This document shows, one piece after another, positions 1-7,900 of a stretch of DNA of 53,602 nt. Each line of letters starts with the position of its first letter. The first letter of the stretch is position 1. The stretch spans positions 1-53,602 of IMG/VR virus record IMGVR_UViG_3300020044_005702. One strand, given 5' to 3'. The notes under the pieces are model-generated. The model did not search any database. It was not told the DNA's origin and saw only the letters and a program-made list of their open reading frames with translations. This DNA comes from a virus (lineage: Duplodnaviria; Caudoviricetes). The position numbers were made by a program, and so were the translations under genes.

Positions 1-111
1 GTTTACATCCCCATTTAGAAAACCTGGTGCTCCTATCAAGCCAACTTCATGGGGTAAACGTGCGGGTTGGACTGCTGGAATTACAGCTGCAACTGTTCTT
101 GGGTTGATCAT
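1..111 (-). CDS. Hypothetical protein, runs off the window edge (MINPRTVAAVIPAVQP...)
   Basis: Translated by hand: ATG at 111-109 overlaps the TAA of the upstream gene (TAATG coupling); frame open to position 1. Confidence 0.6.
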   Translation of the reverse strand, partial: MINPRTVAAVIPAVQPARLPHEVGLIGAPGFLNGDVN

Positions 112-272
112 TACTTGACTCGTCTCAATCGTGGGTTAGCCTTCTTGGCAGCAGGTGACGCTTTTCGTGATGACGCAGCAAGTATTGCTCCGGCGTTCTT
201 CATAGGTATGCCTTGCTTTGCAGCAATCTTTGCTTGCACAGCTTTAAAACCTGGGTGAGCTTTTGTTTTCAT
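111..272 (-). CDS. Small basic phage protein, 53 aa (MKTKAHPGFKAVQAKIAAKQGIPMKNAGAILAASSRKASPAAKKANPRLRRVK)
   Basis: Not in the ORF track; translated by hand. AGGTGA SD upstream of the ATG; Lys/Ala-rich; resembles a small basic protein type I recall from aquatic phages. Confidence 0.8.
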   Translation of the reverse strand: MKTKAHPGFKAVQAKIAAKQGIPMKNAGAILAASSRKASPAAKKANPRLRRVK

Positions 273-351
273 TTTTCACCTGCCTGTTATACTTACCTAC
301 TAGCCTTAGAAGTTACACTCTTGTCACGATTGTACTATAGGAGGATATTGA

Positions 352-663
352 ATGGAAGAACCAAACCGCGAAGGTATGTTTTTTGACGGTTATCAATGGC
401 GTAAGCATGACGAAGCTGCCGACACAACATCGCAAGAGGCGTCAAATAGCCAACTTGACTATGAACTTAGCCCAAGAGAGCTTGAGATATTGAAGTCAAT
501 GGCGTCTAAATTAACCGCGAAACAAATAGCCACGAGTCTTGGAATTAGCCACAGAACTGTTCAATTCCACATGGACAGTATGTACTGGAAGCTTGGTTGC
601 AGTGGTGCAAAAGCACGTGACCAGGCAGTTGCCAAAGGCCGTAAAGTCGGGATTATCAAGTAA
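352..663 (+). CDS. LuxR/GerE-family HTH transcriptional regulator
   Basis: LSPRELEILKSMASKLTAKQIATSLGISHRTVQFHMDSMYWKLG matches the LuxR C-terminal HTH pattern; AGGAGG SD; no receiver domain. Confidence 0.9.
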   Translation: MEEPNREGMFFDGYQWRKHDEAADTTSQEASNSQLDYELSPRELEILKSMASKLTAKQIATSLGISHRTVQFHMDSMYWKLGCSGAKARDQAVAKGRKVGIIK

Positions 664-666
664 GAG

Positions 667-694
667 TATAATGACCTAACCATGGTTTAGGAGG
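667..694 (+). promoter_or_regulatory. Putative -10 box with downstream palindrome overlapping the RBS
   Basis: TATAAT 667-672; perfect palindrome AACCATGGTT 678-687 inside imperfect CCTAACCATGGTTTAGG; AGGAGG SD. Confidence 0.5.
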
Positions 695-699
695 GCATT

Positions 700-1284
700 A
701 TGCCACAGGAAAAATTAAAAGGGCCACGACTCTTTGCCGATGTCCCAATGACTCGTAAAAACGGAAGTCAAATGAGTTATAGGGAAGCCGTTAACTCACC
801 AGATCTAAGTAGCATTATGAGCGGTAAGAGCAATGCTCAACGTTTTGGCGAGCAAGCTCAAGATGATGTTCGACGCAAAAACGCTAAGTACAAGAGTGAT
901 CCAGTTGCACGTAAACAAGCAATAGCTCGTGCTGCAGCTGCTTCTAAAGCTAATGCTCCTAAAGCCAAAGGTCAGTCAAAGATCGCAGCACTTCAACGTG
1001 AAATGGCAGGAGGTACAGAAAAAGCTCGTGATTATAACGACATAGAAAAGGTGGGATATGACCCTGACAAACGCGCTTTACAATGGGAAATGGACGATGC
1101 AAAGGTAGCAGCCGAAGATCGTTCAGCCAAAAGACTTGCAAAGTCGCCAGCAACTATTCAAAAAGGAATGGCTGAGAGTACACGTAAAGTCCAAGCTGCA
1201 TCTGCTAAGCGTTTAACATCCAATGGTACATTTAAAGGCGGATCTCCACGTTCTTCTATGAGCAAGAATCTTAAAATTAAATAA
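700..1284 (+). CDS. Hypothetical Lys/Ala-rich basic protein, 194 aa
   Basis: ORF with strong SD and its own -10; no recognisable motif. Confidence 0.75.
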   Translation: MPQEKLKGPRLFADVPMTRKNGSQMSYREAVNSPDLSSIMSGKSNAQRFGEQAQDDVRRKNAKYKSDPVARKQAIARAAAASKANAPKAKGQSKIAALQREMAGGTEKARDYNDIEKVGYDPDKRALQWEMDDAKVAAEDRSAKRLAKSPATIQKGMAESTRKVQAASAKRLTSNGTFKGGSPRSSMSKNLKIK

Positions 1285-1316
1285 CCGATTCCCCATGCAT
1301 GAAAACGCACTGGGAA

Positions 1317-1369
1317 AATACCACTCTACGGCTCTTACTCTTTCTCCCGTAGGGTGGTATTATATTTTT
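1317..1369 (+). terminator. 15-bp stem-loop with T-rich tail, likely terminator of 700..1284
   Basis: AATACCACTCTACGG / CCGTAGGGTGGTATT (one G-U pair), 15-nt pyrimidine loop, followed by ATATTTTT. Confidence 0.5.
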
Positions 1370-1483
1370 GCCACCGTAAGGTGAGCATTTGAATGAAAGT
1401 CTCCAGAAAACCTACATTCATCTTGGGTCCGAATCCTTACTCTGCATACAAGAAAACCAGCATGCTCCCGTGCTGGTTTTTTT
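1370..1483 (+). ncRNA. Candidate structured small RNA, about 114 nt
   Basis: TG-G-TATTAT extended -10 at 1355-1363; CACC-GTAA-GGTG GNRA hairpin; TGAATG/CATTCA stem; T-loop-like GGGTCCGAATCC; ends in a terminator. Confidence 0.4.
1453..1483 (+). terminator. Rho-independent terminator
   Basis: AAAACCAGCATG-CTCC-CGTGCTGGTTTTTTT. Confidence 0.75.
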
Positions 1484-1486
1484 GGT

Positions 1487-1502
1487 TATAATGGTATAGG
1501 AG
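1487..1502 (+). promoter_or_regulatory. Putative -10 box and RBS
   Basis: TATAAT 1487-1492 followed by AGGAG before ATG 1510. Confidence 0.45.
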
Positions 1503-1509
1503 TTACATC

Positions 1510-2334
1510 ATGCCACAAACAAAGAAGCAAAAAGACACGTACCCATTATCGACACCACCTGCAAAAGTTAATCAAAGGACTGGGGATGTTGCACCGGGAC
1601 AGAGTCGATTTACAGATAAACTGCAGTCGAGTAGAACTCGTGAAACAATAACAAAGTCATTTAAAGCTGTCAATGACGCTAAGCTTCAGAAGAATGTTAC
1701 TAATGTAAATGAATCTCCAGTAATGAGGGCAGCTAAAGCAGCGGAGGCTGCTGACAGAAAAGCTAATCCAATTAAATACGCAGGTGAAAAATACAAGCTA
1801 ACAAGTGATGTATTACAAAAGAATCTTGTGCGAAATAATCAAGCAACTGATTTATTGAAACTACCTAAGTCTGAAAAGGGCAAGTATTCACAACTATTTA
1901 AAGAAGGCGATAAATTACGCAATGCAGGTAATGCGGAATTAGAACGCGCTAAACAACTGCGTGATCCTAAATATATTGGCAACCAGCAAATGCGCACTAC
2001 TGCCGAAACACGACAAGATGTATTTAATGAAGCTAACAAATTAGAGAAAGACCTAGCTAAAAACCAAGGTAGAAAACCAGTAACTAGTAGGCCATCTACT
2101 GCGGCACAAGTCCAATCAAAAGGTACTCCTAAACCTTCCATGATGGAAACAGCAGCAAAAACTGCAGCTGGAACAGGTCTATTGGCAAGTCCTGCAGCTA
2201 AAGGATTAGGTGTAGCTGGAGCATTAATTGCCTCACAGAAAGGAGCAGGTTTAAATAAACAACAGGAAATGTCAGCAGTTGATGCATGGAACAAGCGTAC
2301 TAACTACGGACGATTACTGGGAATGAAAAAGTAA
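1510..2334 (+). CDS. Hypothetical basic protein, 274 aa, ending RLLGMKK
   Basis: ORF with AGGAG SD; Lys-rich, with a Gly/Ala hydrophobic segment near the C-terminus. Confidence 0.75.
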   Translation: MPQTKKQKDTYPLSTPPAKVNQRTGDVAPGQSRFTDKLQSSRTRETITKSFKAVNDAKLQKNVTNVNESPVMRAAKAAEAADRKANPIKYAGEKYKLTSDVLQKNLVRNNQATDLLKLPKSEKGKYSQLFKEGDKLRNAGNAELERAKQLRDPKYIGNQQMRTTAETRQDVFNEANKLEKDLAKNQGRKPVTSRPSTAAQVQSKGTPKPSMMETAAKTAAGTGLLASPAAKGLGVAGALIASQKGAGLNKQQEMSAVDAWNKRTNYGRLLGMKK

Positions 2335-2336
2335 TG
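2318..2336 (+). repeat. 19-bp direct repeat, copy 1 (TGGGAATGAAAAAGTAATG)
   Basis: Identical to 2692..2710; spans the GMKK-stop/start junction. Confidence 0.9.
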
Positions 2337-2708
2337 GCTACAGCAACTAAACAAGATCCACTGCGTCCTGATGAACGCAAATTAATTAATTATCATCGAG
2401 CTAATCTTGCTAAAGGTGGAATGAAGGATGGCAACAGTATTACTACATTCAGAGGCGGAAGATACGGAGTAGGTAAATCACCAGATGGTGAACACATTTA
2501 TGCTCCAACATACTTTAACAACAAGATAAATAACGACGAGGATACATTAGCACATGCTAAAAAAACTGGATTATTTGCAATGTATCCAACGGCTAAAGCA
2601 GCAAATGATGCTGAATATAAATTGCATGAAATTATGAGTCGTGACACAAGGAAGTATATGGACGCAAAACGCCCACGCATGAGCAACTTAATGGGAATGA
2701 AAAAGTAA
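2334..2708 (+). CDS. Hypothetical protein, 124 aa, ending MSNLMGMKK
   Basis: TAATG-coupled at both ends. The core (PTYFNNKI..DEDTLAHAKKTG..YPTAKAANDAEYKLH) recalls a small domain of podovirus internal proteins (recollection, unverified). Confidence 0.75.
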   Translation: MATATKQDPLRPDERKLINYHRANLAKGGMKDGNSITTFRGGRYGVGKSPDGEHIYAPTYFNNKINNDEDTLAHAKKTGLFAMYPTAKAANDAEYKLHEIMSRDTRKYMDAKRPRMSNLMGMKK

Positions 2709-2710
2709 TG
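2692..2710 (+). repeat. 19-bp direct repeat, copy 2
   Basis: Identical to 2318..2336; its first 12 bp recur at 4740..4751. Confidence 0.9.
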
Positions 2711-3100
2711 TATGAATATGGTATTCGGTTTAAGCGCCTCATCGACGGAGATACTTTCGTTTGCGACATTGATCTCGGTTTTGGTATTTGGCTTGTGGAT
2801 CAGCACTGTCGTCTCTTTGGCGTGGATACACCAGAAAAGAACACTAACGAAGGTAAGGCAGCTGCGGAAACAGCAAGAGAATGGTTTACATCAAGGCAAA
2901 ATACATCTGAACGATTTAGCATTCAAGTACTACAAAAAGCAGATAAGTACGGACGACGATTAGTACACGTTAAGACAGATAGGTCACCAACTACACTTAA
3001 TGTAGAAGTGGTAAAAACACTTGGATCATACGAATACTTTGGTGGAACTAAACGAAAGAAAGTAACTGCTGTACCAGTAATAGAAAAAGCCCCTCTGTGA
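2708..3100 (+). CDS. Thermonuclease (staphylococcal nuclease-like) family protein
   Basis: IDGDT, RLFGVDTPE and DKYGR motifs. Confidence 0.9.
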   Translation: MYEYGIRFKRLIDGDTFVCDIDLGFGIWLVDQHCRLFGVDTPEKNTNEGKAAAETAREWFTSRQNTSERFSIQVLQKADKYGRRLVHVKTDRSPTTLNVEVVKTLGSYEYFGGTKRKKVTAVPVIEKAPL

Positions 3101-3110
3101 AGGGGCTTTT
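3085..3110. terminator. Probable bidirectional intrinsic terminator
   Basis: AAAAGCCCCT-CTGTGA-AGGGGCTTTT overlapping the nuclease stop codon. Confidence 0.75.
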
Positions 3111-3202
3111 AATTCGCTCGGTTTAAATGTCTCTAAGGCATGATGGGCGGACTTTTTAAACTATCATCGCGTCTTGTGTATATACTATCATGTAATACTT
3201 GG

Positions 3203-3211
3203 TGATACAAT
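3203..3211 (+). promoter_or_regulatory. Extended -10 promoter for tRNA-thyX-ssb
   Basis: TG-A-TACAAT ending 10 nt before the tRNA 5' end. Confidence 0.5.
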
Positions 3212-3220
3212 ACGTCATCA

Positions 3221-3301
3221 GCCTCGGTGGTGAAACGGTAGACACGACAGACTTAAAATCTGTTGTCGCAAGACGTACGGGTTCGAGTCCCGTCTGAGGC
3301 A
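3221..3301 (+). tRNA. tRNA-Leu(UAA), CCA not encoded
   Basis: Acceptor GCCTCGG/CTGAGGC plus discriminator A; D-arm GTG-AAACGGTAGA-CAC; anticodon arm ACAGA-CTTAAAA-TCTGT; variable arm GTC-GCAA-GAC; T-arm ACGGG-TTCGAGT-CCCGT. Confidence 0.95.
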
Positions 3302-3311
3302 TGGAGGAAAG

Positions 3312-3968
3312 ATGGCAGCAACACTCAAGTATATACAGCCTGACGCAGAAGAATTTATGATTCATCTGGCTCGAATATCATCTAATGACGAGAACAACCC
3401 GGAATATGAGAAGCTTTTACGCTACTGTATGCGTGAAGGACACTGGTCTGTGTTTGAAATGGCAGACGTAGTGATGGAAATCTACACATCTAGGGCTGTA
3501 TCAGCACAAATGTTGCGTCATAGGAGCTTTCATTTTCAAGAATTTAGTCAAAGATATGCTAATCCAAGCAAGATTGAGTTGGATTTACCTAGTATGAGGC
3601 GTAAAGGAGCTACAAATAGGCAGAGTAGTCTACTATTTGAAGATCAAGAGACGCAATTGGAGATGGATAACAAGGCTCTTGCTCCTATCTTGGTTGCAAT
3701 TCGTGCATATGATGACCTTGTTAAGTGTGGAGTTGCATTAGAATCTGCTCGAATGGTACTACCGCTGTGTGTTGGTACGCGTTTATACATGAAAGGCACT
3801 GTTCGCGACTGGTTGCACTACTGTCGTGTGAGGATGAGTCCACATACACAGCAGGAACACCGTGAAATAGCAACCGATTGTTGGAATGTGTTGTGTCATG
3901 TATTACCAGTAACAACAAAAGCGTTTGAAAAATATTGGTTGATAGAGGAGAAAGACGTAAATGATTAA
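3312..3968 (+). CDS. thyX: FAD-dependent thymidylate synthase
   Basis: GHWSVFE, RHRSFHFQEFSQRY (RHRx7S motif), ESARMVLP, HTQQEHR. Confidence 0.95.
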   Translation: MAATLKYIQPDAEEFMIHLARISSNDENNPEYEKLLRYCMREGHWSVFEMADVVMEIYTSRAVSAQMLRHRSFHFQEFSQRYANPSKIELDLPSMRRKGATNRQSSLLFEDQETQLEMDNKALAPILVAIRAYDDLVKCGVALESARMVLPLCVGTRLYMKGTVRDWLHYCRVRMSPHTQQEHREIATDCWNVLCHVLPVTTKAFEKYWLIEEKDVND

Positions 3969-4350
3969 TCAGTGCACAATTGTTGGGCGTTTAGTAGCGG
4001 ATCCAGAGTCGCGACAAACACCAAATGGGAAATCTGTAACAAGTATTCGTGTAGCAGTTGATCGAAAAGGCAGGGAGAAAGAAACCGACTTTTTTAGTTG
4101 TACTGCATTCGGGCAACAAGGTGACGCTTTAGCAGAATACGCTCAAAAAGGTAGATTGATTGGCGTTGTTGGCAAAATCCAATTAGATCAATACGTAAAT
4201 AAAGAAGGTGTAAAACAGCAGTCAGTAAAAATCATTATTGATAACTGGCAATTGTTAGACTCAAGGCGTGAGACAGACAATAATCCTCCAAATCCAAAGC
4301 CAGCAGGACAAATAAAAGTAGACGATATAGACGATCCCTTTGCAGACTAG
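3961..4350 (+). CDS. ssb: Single-stranded DNA-binding protein
   Basis: MINQCTIVGRLVADPE OB-fold start, ETDFF, acidic DDIDDPF tail. Confidence 0.95.
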   Translation: MINQCTIVGRLVADPESRQTPNGKSVTSIRVAVDRKGREKETDFFSCTAFGQQGDALAEYAQKGRLIGVVGKIQLDQYVNKEGVKQQSVKIIIDNWQLLDSRRETDNNPPNPKPAGQIKVDDIDDPFAD

Positions 4351-4354
4351 TAAT

Positions 4355-4379
4355 AGACCCGCTTAGTGCGGGTCTTTTT
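4355..4379 (+). terminator. Rho-independent terminator
   Basis: AGACCCGC-TTAGT-GCGGGTCT-TTTT; immediately followed by TATAAT (4383-4388) for the next gene. Confidence 0.8.
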
Positions 4380-4403
4380 ATGTATAATGAATTGAGGTGA
4401 CAA

Positions 4404-4655
4404 ATGGGAGTTATAAAGAAATATCAAAACCCTTCTGGTGGATTAAATGCTGCTGGACGTGCGCATTTTAAGCGTACTACTGGAGCCAACTTAAAACCAC
4501 CAGCACCAAACCCAAAAACAAAATCTGATGCTGGTCGCCGTGCATCATTCTGTGCAAGGATGTCTGGGATGAAGTCTAAGCTGACGTCAGCTAAGACAGC
4601 TAATGACCCGAATAGTCGTATTAATAAATCGTTGAGAGCATGGAACTGTAAATAA
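4404..4655 (+). CDS. Small basic conserved phage protein (DUF6321-like), 83 aa
   Basis: GGLNAAGRA...RRASFCARMSGMK...DPNSRINKSLRAWNC pattern, which I recall as widespread in aquatic phages; GAGGTG SD. Confidence 0.8.
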   Translation: MGVIKKYQNPSGGLNAAGRAHFKRTTGANLKPPAPNPKTKSDAGRRASFCARMSGMKSKLTSAKTANDPNSRINKSLRAWNCK

Positions 4656-4687
4656 AAAAGCTCTTGATGGAAAAGGTGGTAAGTTAA

Positions 4688-4909
4688 ATGGCAATGGGTA
4701 TGCGTAGCCCTAAGGGCAAAAAGTCTATGGCTCAGATGATGGGAATGAAAATGGCTGGTCATTCAAACATGAGTAAGCCAATGGCTAAGATGGAAAAACG
4801 AGAATATAGCGGTAAAGGTTTGCCAGCAAAGATGATGGCAAAGCATGAAAAGGCGGAATACGGCGGACGCAAGTGTCCTAAATGTGGCAAGGCAAACTGC
4901 TCCTGTTAA
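4688..4909 (+). CDS. Small Met/Lys-rich protein with C-terminal CxxCxxxxCxC
   Basis: AAGGTGG SD; internal repeat MAKMEKREY / MAKHEKAEY; ends CPKCGKANCSC. Confidence 0.7.
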   Translation: MAMGMRSPKGKKSMAQMMGMKMAGHSNMSKPMAKMEKREYSGKGLPAKMMAKHEKAEYGGRKCPKCGKANCSC

Positions 4910-4929
4910 CGGTAACTAAGTAGGTAAAT

Positions 4930-7900
4930 ATGGCTTCAACTTTATATAACATGATGGTGGAAGAGGAAGAAAACAAACCTGTTAGCGCCTCTCGTCAATT
5001 AAGAACTGCGAAACCAAGTCTTAAAAAGAAGACTGAAACACCTAAGGTTGAAGCTAAGCCAACACCTCCTGCAGAGAAACCTGTAGAAGCTACACCTACC
5101 GAAGCAGAGCAGCCACGCACAATGGCTGATGTTACCAAGACTATGGGTGCTGTTGATCCTACAACAGTGCAACCTCAGCAACTAGGGATAGGTCAGTTAT
5201 CTGCAGGAGACATAACTGGCACTGTAGCACCGACTGGTGAAGATGATGACATCATACGGACATTCCTAAAGCCATACGAAAAGTTTCGTGCTCCGGGAAA
5301 TATTGCAGGTGTAACTAAAGCTGCAACAAAAACTCCAGCACAGTCCATGATGTTTGAGGAGGCACAACGACGAATTGCGTCATATAAGCCTACAACAGCA
5401 ATGCCGGGTGCTGCCGAGCAACAAACAGAAAGCGCACCAGCCTATGTTGGTCCGGGTACGCGTCCAGCACCAGTAGAAACTCCTGATGTATCAGGGTCGC
5501 GATGGACTACAGAAGGTTTTGTGCCAGATGCATTAGAGTATTTTGGTCAACCATTTGCATCTGAAAAACAACGTCCTAGAAAACCAAAGCCAGATGCAGG
5601 ATTTAGTGCATTTATGGCTAGTGCAACTCCGGGTTCAACTGTATCACAACCAGAGAAAATGGTTAGTCCATTTGAACCACGTGTTGGTGACACTACGCCA
5701 AAACCGTCAACTGAATTTACTGAATTAGATCCTGATGGATTACGCGAATCATTTGTTGGTAGAGAAATGCCAACACTAACAACAGTTGCACAGCTAAAGA
5801 ACAGCCTGCAGTCACAGGTGTCATTACAACGCGCAGTACGTACAATTCTCAATCAACCACAGTTAGATACAAACAATCCTATGTATCGTGTTATGCGAGC
5901 ATATATGGATGTTGTAGACAATCCAAATTCAACTAATGATCAGAGGGCTTTAGTCAAGGATGGCCTGTTAGGTGTTGCTGCGTATTTTGATGACGCCAAG
6001 AAAGGCAAGTTAAATAATGACGCGTTTCAGCAGGCAGTAGACCTCATACAGCTATCAGGTAAGACAGATAGCACTAGTAAAGGTGCTATGACTGTTAGTC
6101 CAGCATTAACCGCTGCAATGGAGCGAGATGATGTATTTGGCGCAAAATTTGGAGAAGGTAAAGAAGCAACAGAACGAAGAGCTGGATTAAGATTTGATAC
6201 CGTGTATTCAGGCATTAAGAAGTCAATACAAGATACTGCAATGTCTGTTTTCCAGAAAAGAAACGTGTCGCAACAACCAGCTGCAATGGCTGCATCAGAA
6301 TGGGCACGTAGCGCATTAGGGCCATTGTTTATTGACACACAAGACTCATCAGCATTAACGTGGGCAGAATCACATCCGTTACGCGACAGACTAGCATCCG
6401 ATATCTATACGCAAGTACAACCACAGTTTTACGGTAAGCCATTGACGCAAGCATTTAATTTTGCAGAAATGACGCAAAACTCTAATGTGTTTGCACGTAG
6501 ATTTGGTGGTCAATTTAATTTACGATCAACTCTTGAGCAACTAACAAACCCGAACTATAAGGGCAGAGAGCGTGAATATGTCGAGGCTATAGCTAAAGCA
6601 GGTGAGTTTGAAGCACAAGGAAAAATGAAAGAAGCAGCAGAAGCTGTTGCAGATTTCTACACAACAGAAGCGTTAAAATTAAAGTATAACGTTGACGATG
6701 TTGAAGGTTACACTAGCGGTCGCGGCATTGATGTAACAACTGGTGCAACAGCTGGGCTGCGTAGTGCACAGCGTGACTTCTTAGTTGGTGAAGATCGCAA
6801 GGCGCTTATTCGTGGTGCTGAGACTCCACGCTCAGGACTTACACCAACTCAATTAATAGGTGCTTTACTTGGTGAGCAGGGCGTTGACGAAGGATTATTT
6901 GGATTCGCTGCTCCGCGATATGCAACACCAGAAGTACTAACAACAGGTATCGACACAAGTGGTGCAAAAGCAACTAACATGAAGTTAGCTGCGCATCCAA
7001 ATAAAACACTTACGGTCGTTTCAGCATCTGGCAAGCCTTTAAGTACACGCGAACGCATGGAGTTGAGGATTCTGCAGGAACAATTAAATCGTTCGTCAGA
7101 TCCTGAAAAAACATTAGAAGCTATTAAAGAACAACGTGGTGTTACTGAAGGTAAGAAGTTAATTGGTGATTTTGAAATTGGATTTACTACAACTTCAACT
7201 GCAGCTGTAGAACAAGATGAATTTTCCGATTTACGTATTGGTGCTCGCAAAATTAAGCGTGGTGATTCAGCATCTTTAGACTCAGTTATTAGTGACATCA
7301 AGCTTTACATGCGTTTACCAGAAGGCGAAGATGGCGTTCCATTTGTAGATAAACAACACGAAGAAATGTACGAGTACGCAAAAAAGACTCGTGATGACAT
7401 TGCAAAGAACTTAGATAGTTATGAGCGACAAGGTGAAATATACGTCAAGGTTGGTGGTGACTCTAAACGTGGATTACCAGAACAGATATCTGTTGATCAG
7501 TACCAGAGTCTAAATCTTGCTCGACAATCTTTAAATGAACTCATTAGTACTGCTGATCAGATGCGTGACAATTTAGGGCAAAGTGGTATTACAGCTGGAT
7601 TTAAAATCAAACCAGATGGATCACCAGACCTACTAGCACCAAAACCAGTAGGCGGTAAACAGAGACTAAATCAGACACTCGCATTATTAGATGGTTATGG
7701 CCAAGGCGTACAAGGCATTGACATGCGTCGATTCTTTGAGGGTATTAACCTTGAAGGTAAGCGTGATATCGTCCAAATGGCTCCTATTGATAGGAATGGA
7801 AATATCATTAGGGATCCATTAGCCAAAGGCCTTACTAAACAATATGAAGTCAACCCTGATGGTTCAGTAGACGTAATTGTATACGAAAAGGTAGACACGC

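Noticed and set aside
67-258. 63-aa plus-strand ORF in the track
   Set aside because: Shadow of the minus-strand 53-aa gene, which has an SD, coupling and a plausible sequence.
1289-1483. Minus-strand CsrB-like RNA with GGA loops
   Set aside because: G-U pairs and the GNRA loop work only on the plus strand, and few sites match ANGGA.
3221-3301. tRNA as a prophage attachment site
   Set aside because: No duplicated tRNA 3' end or integrase, and phage genes lie on both sides.
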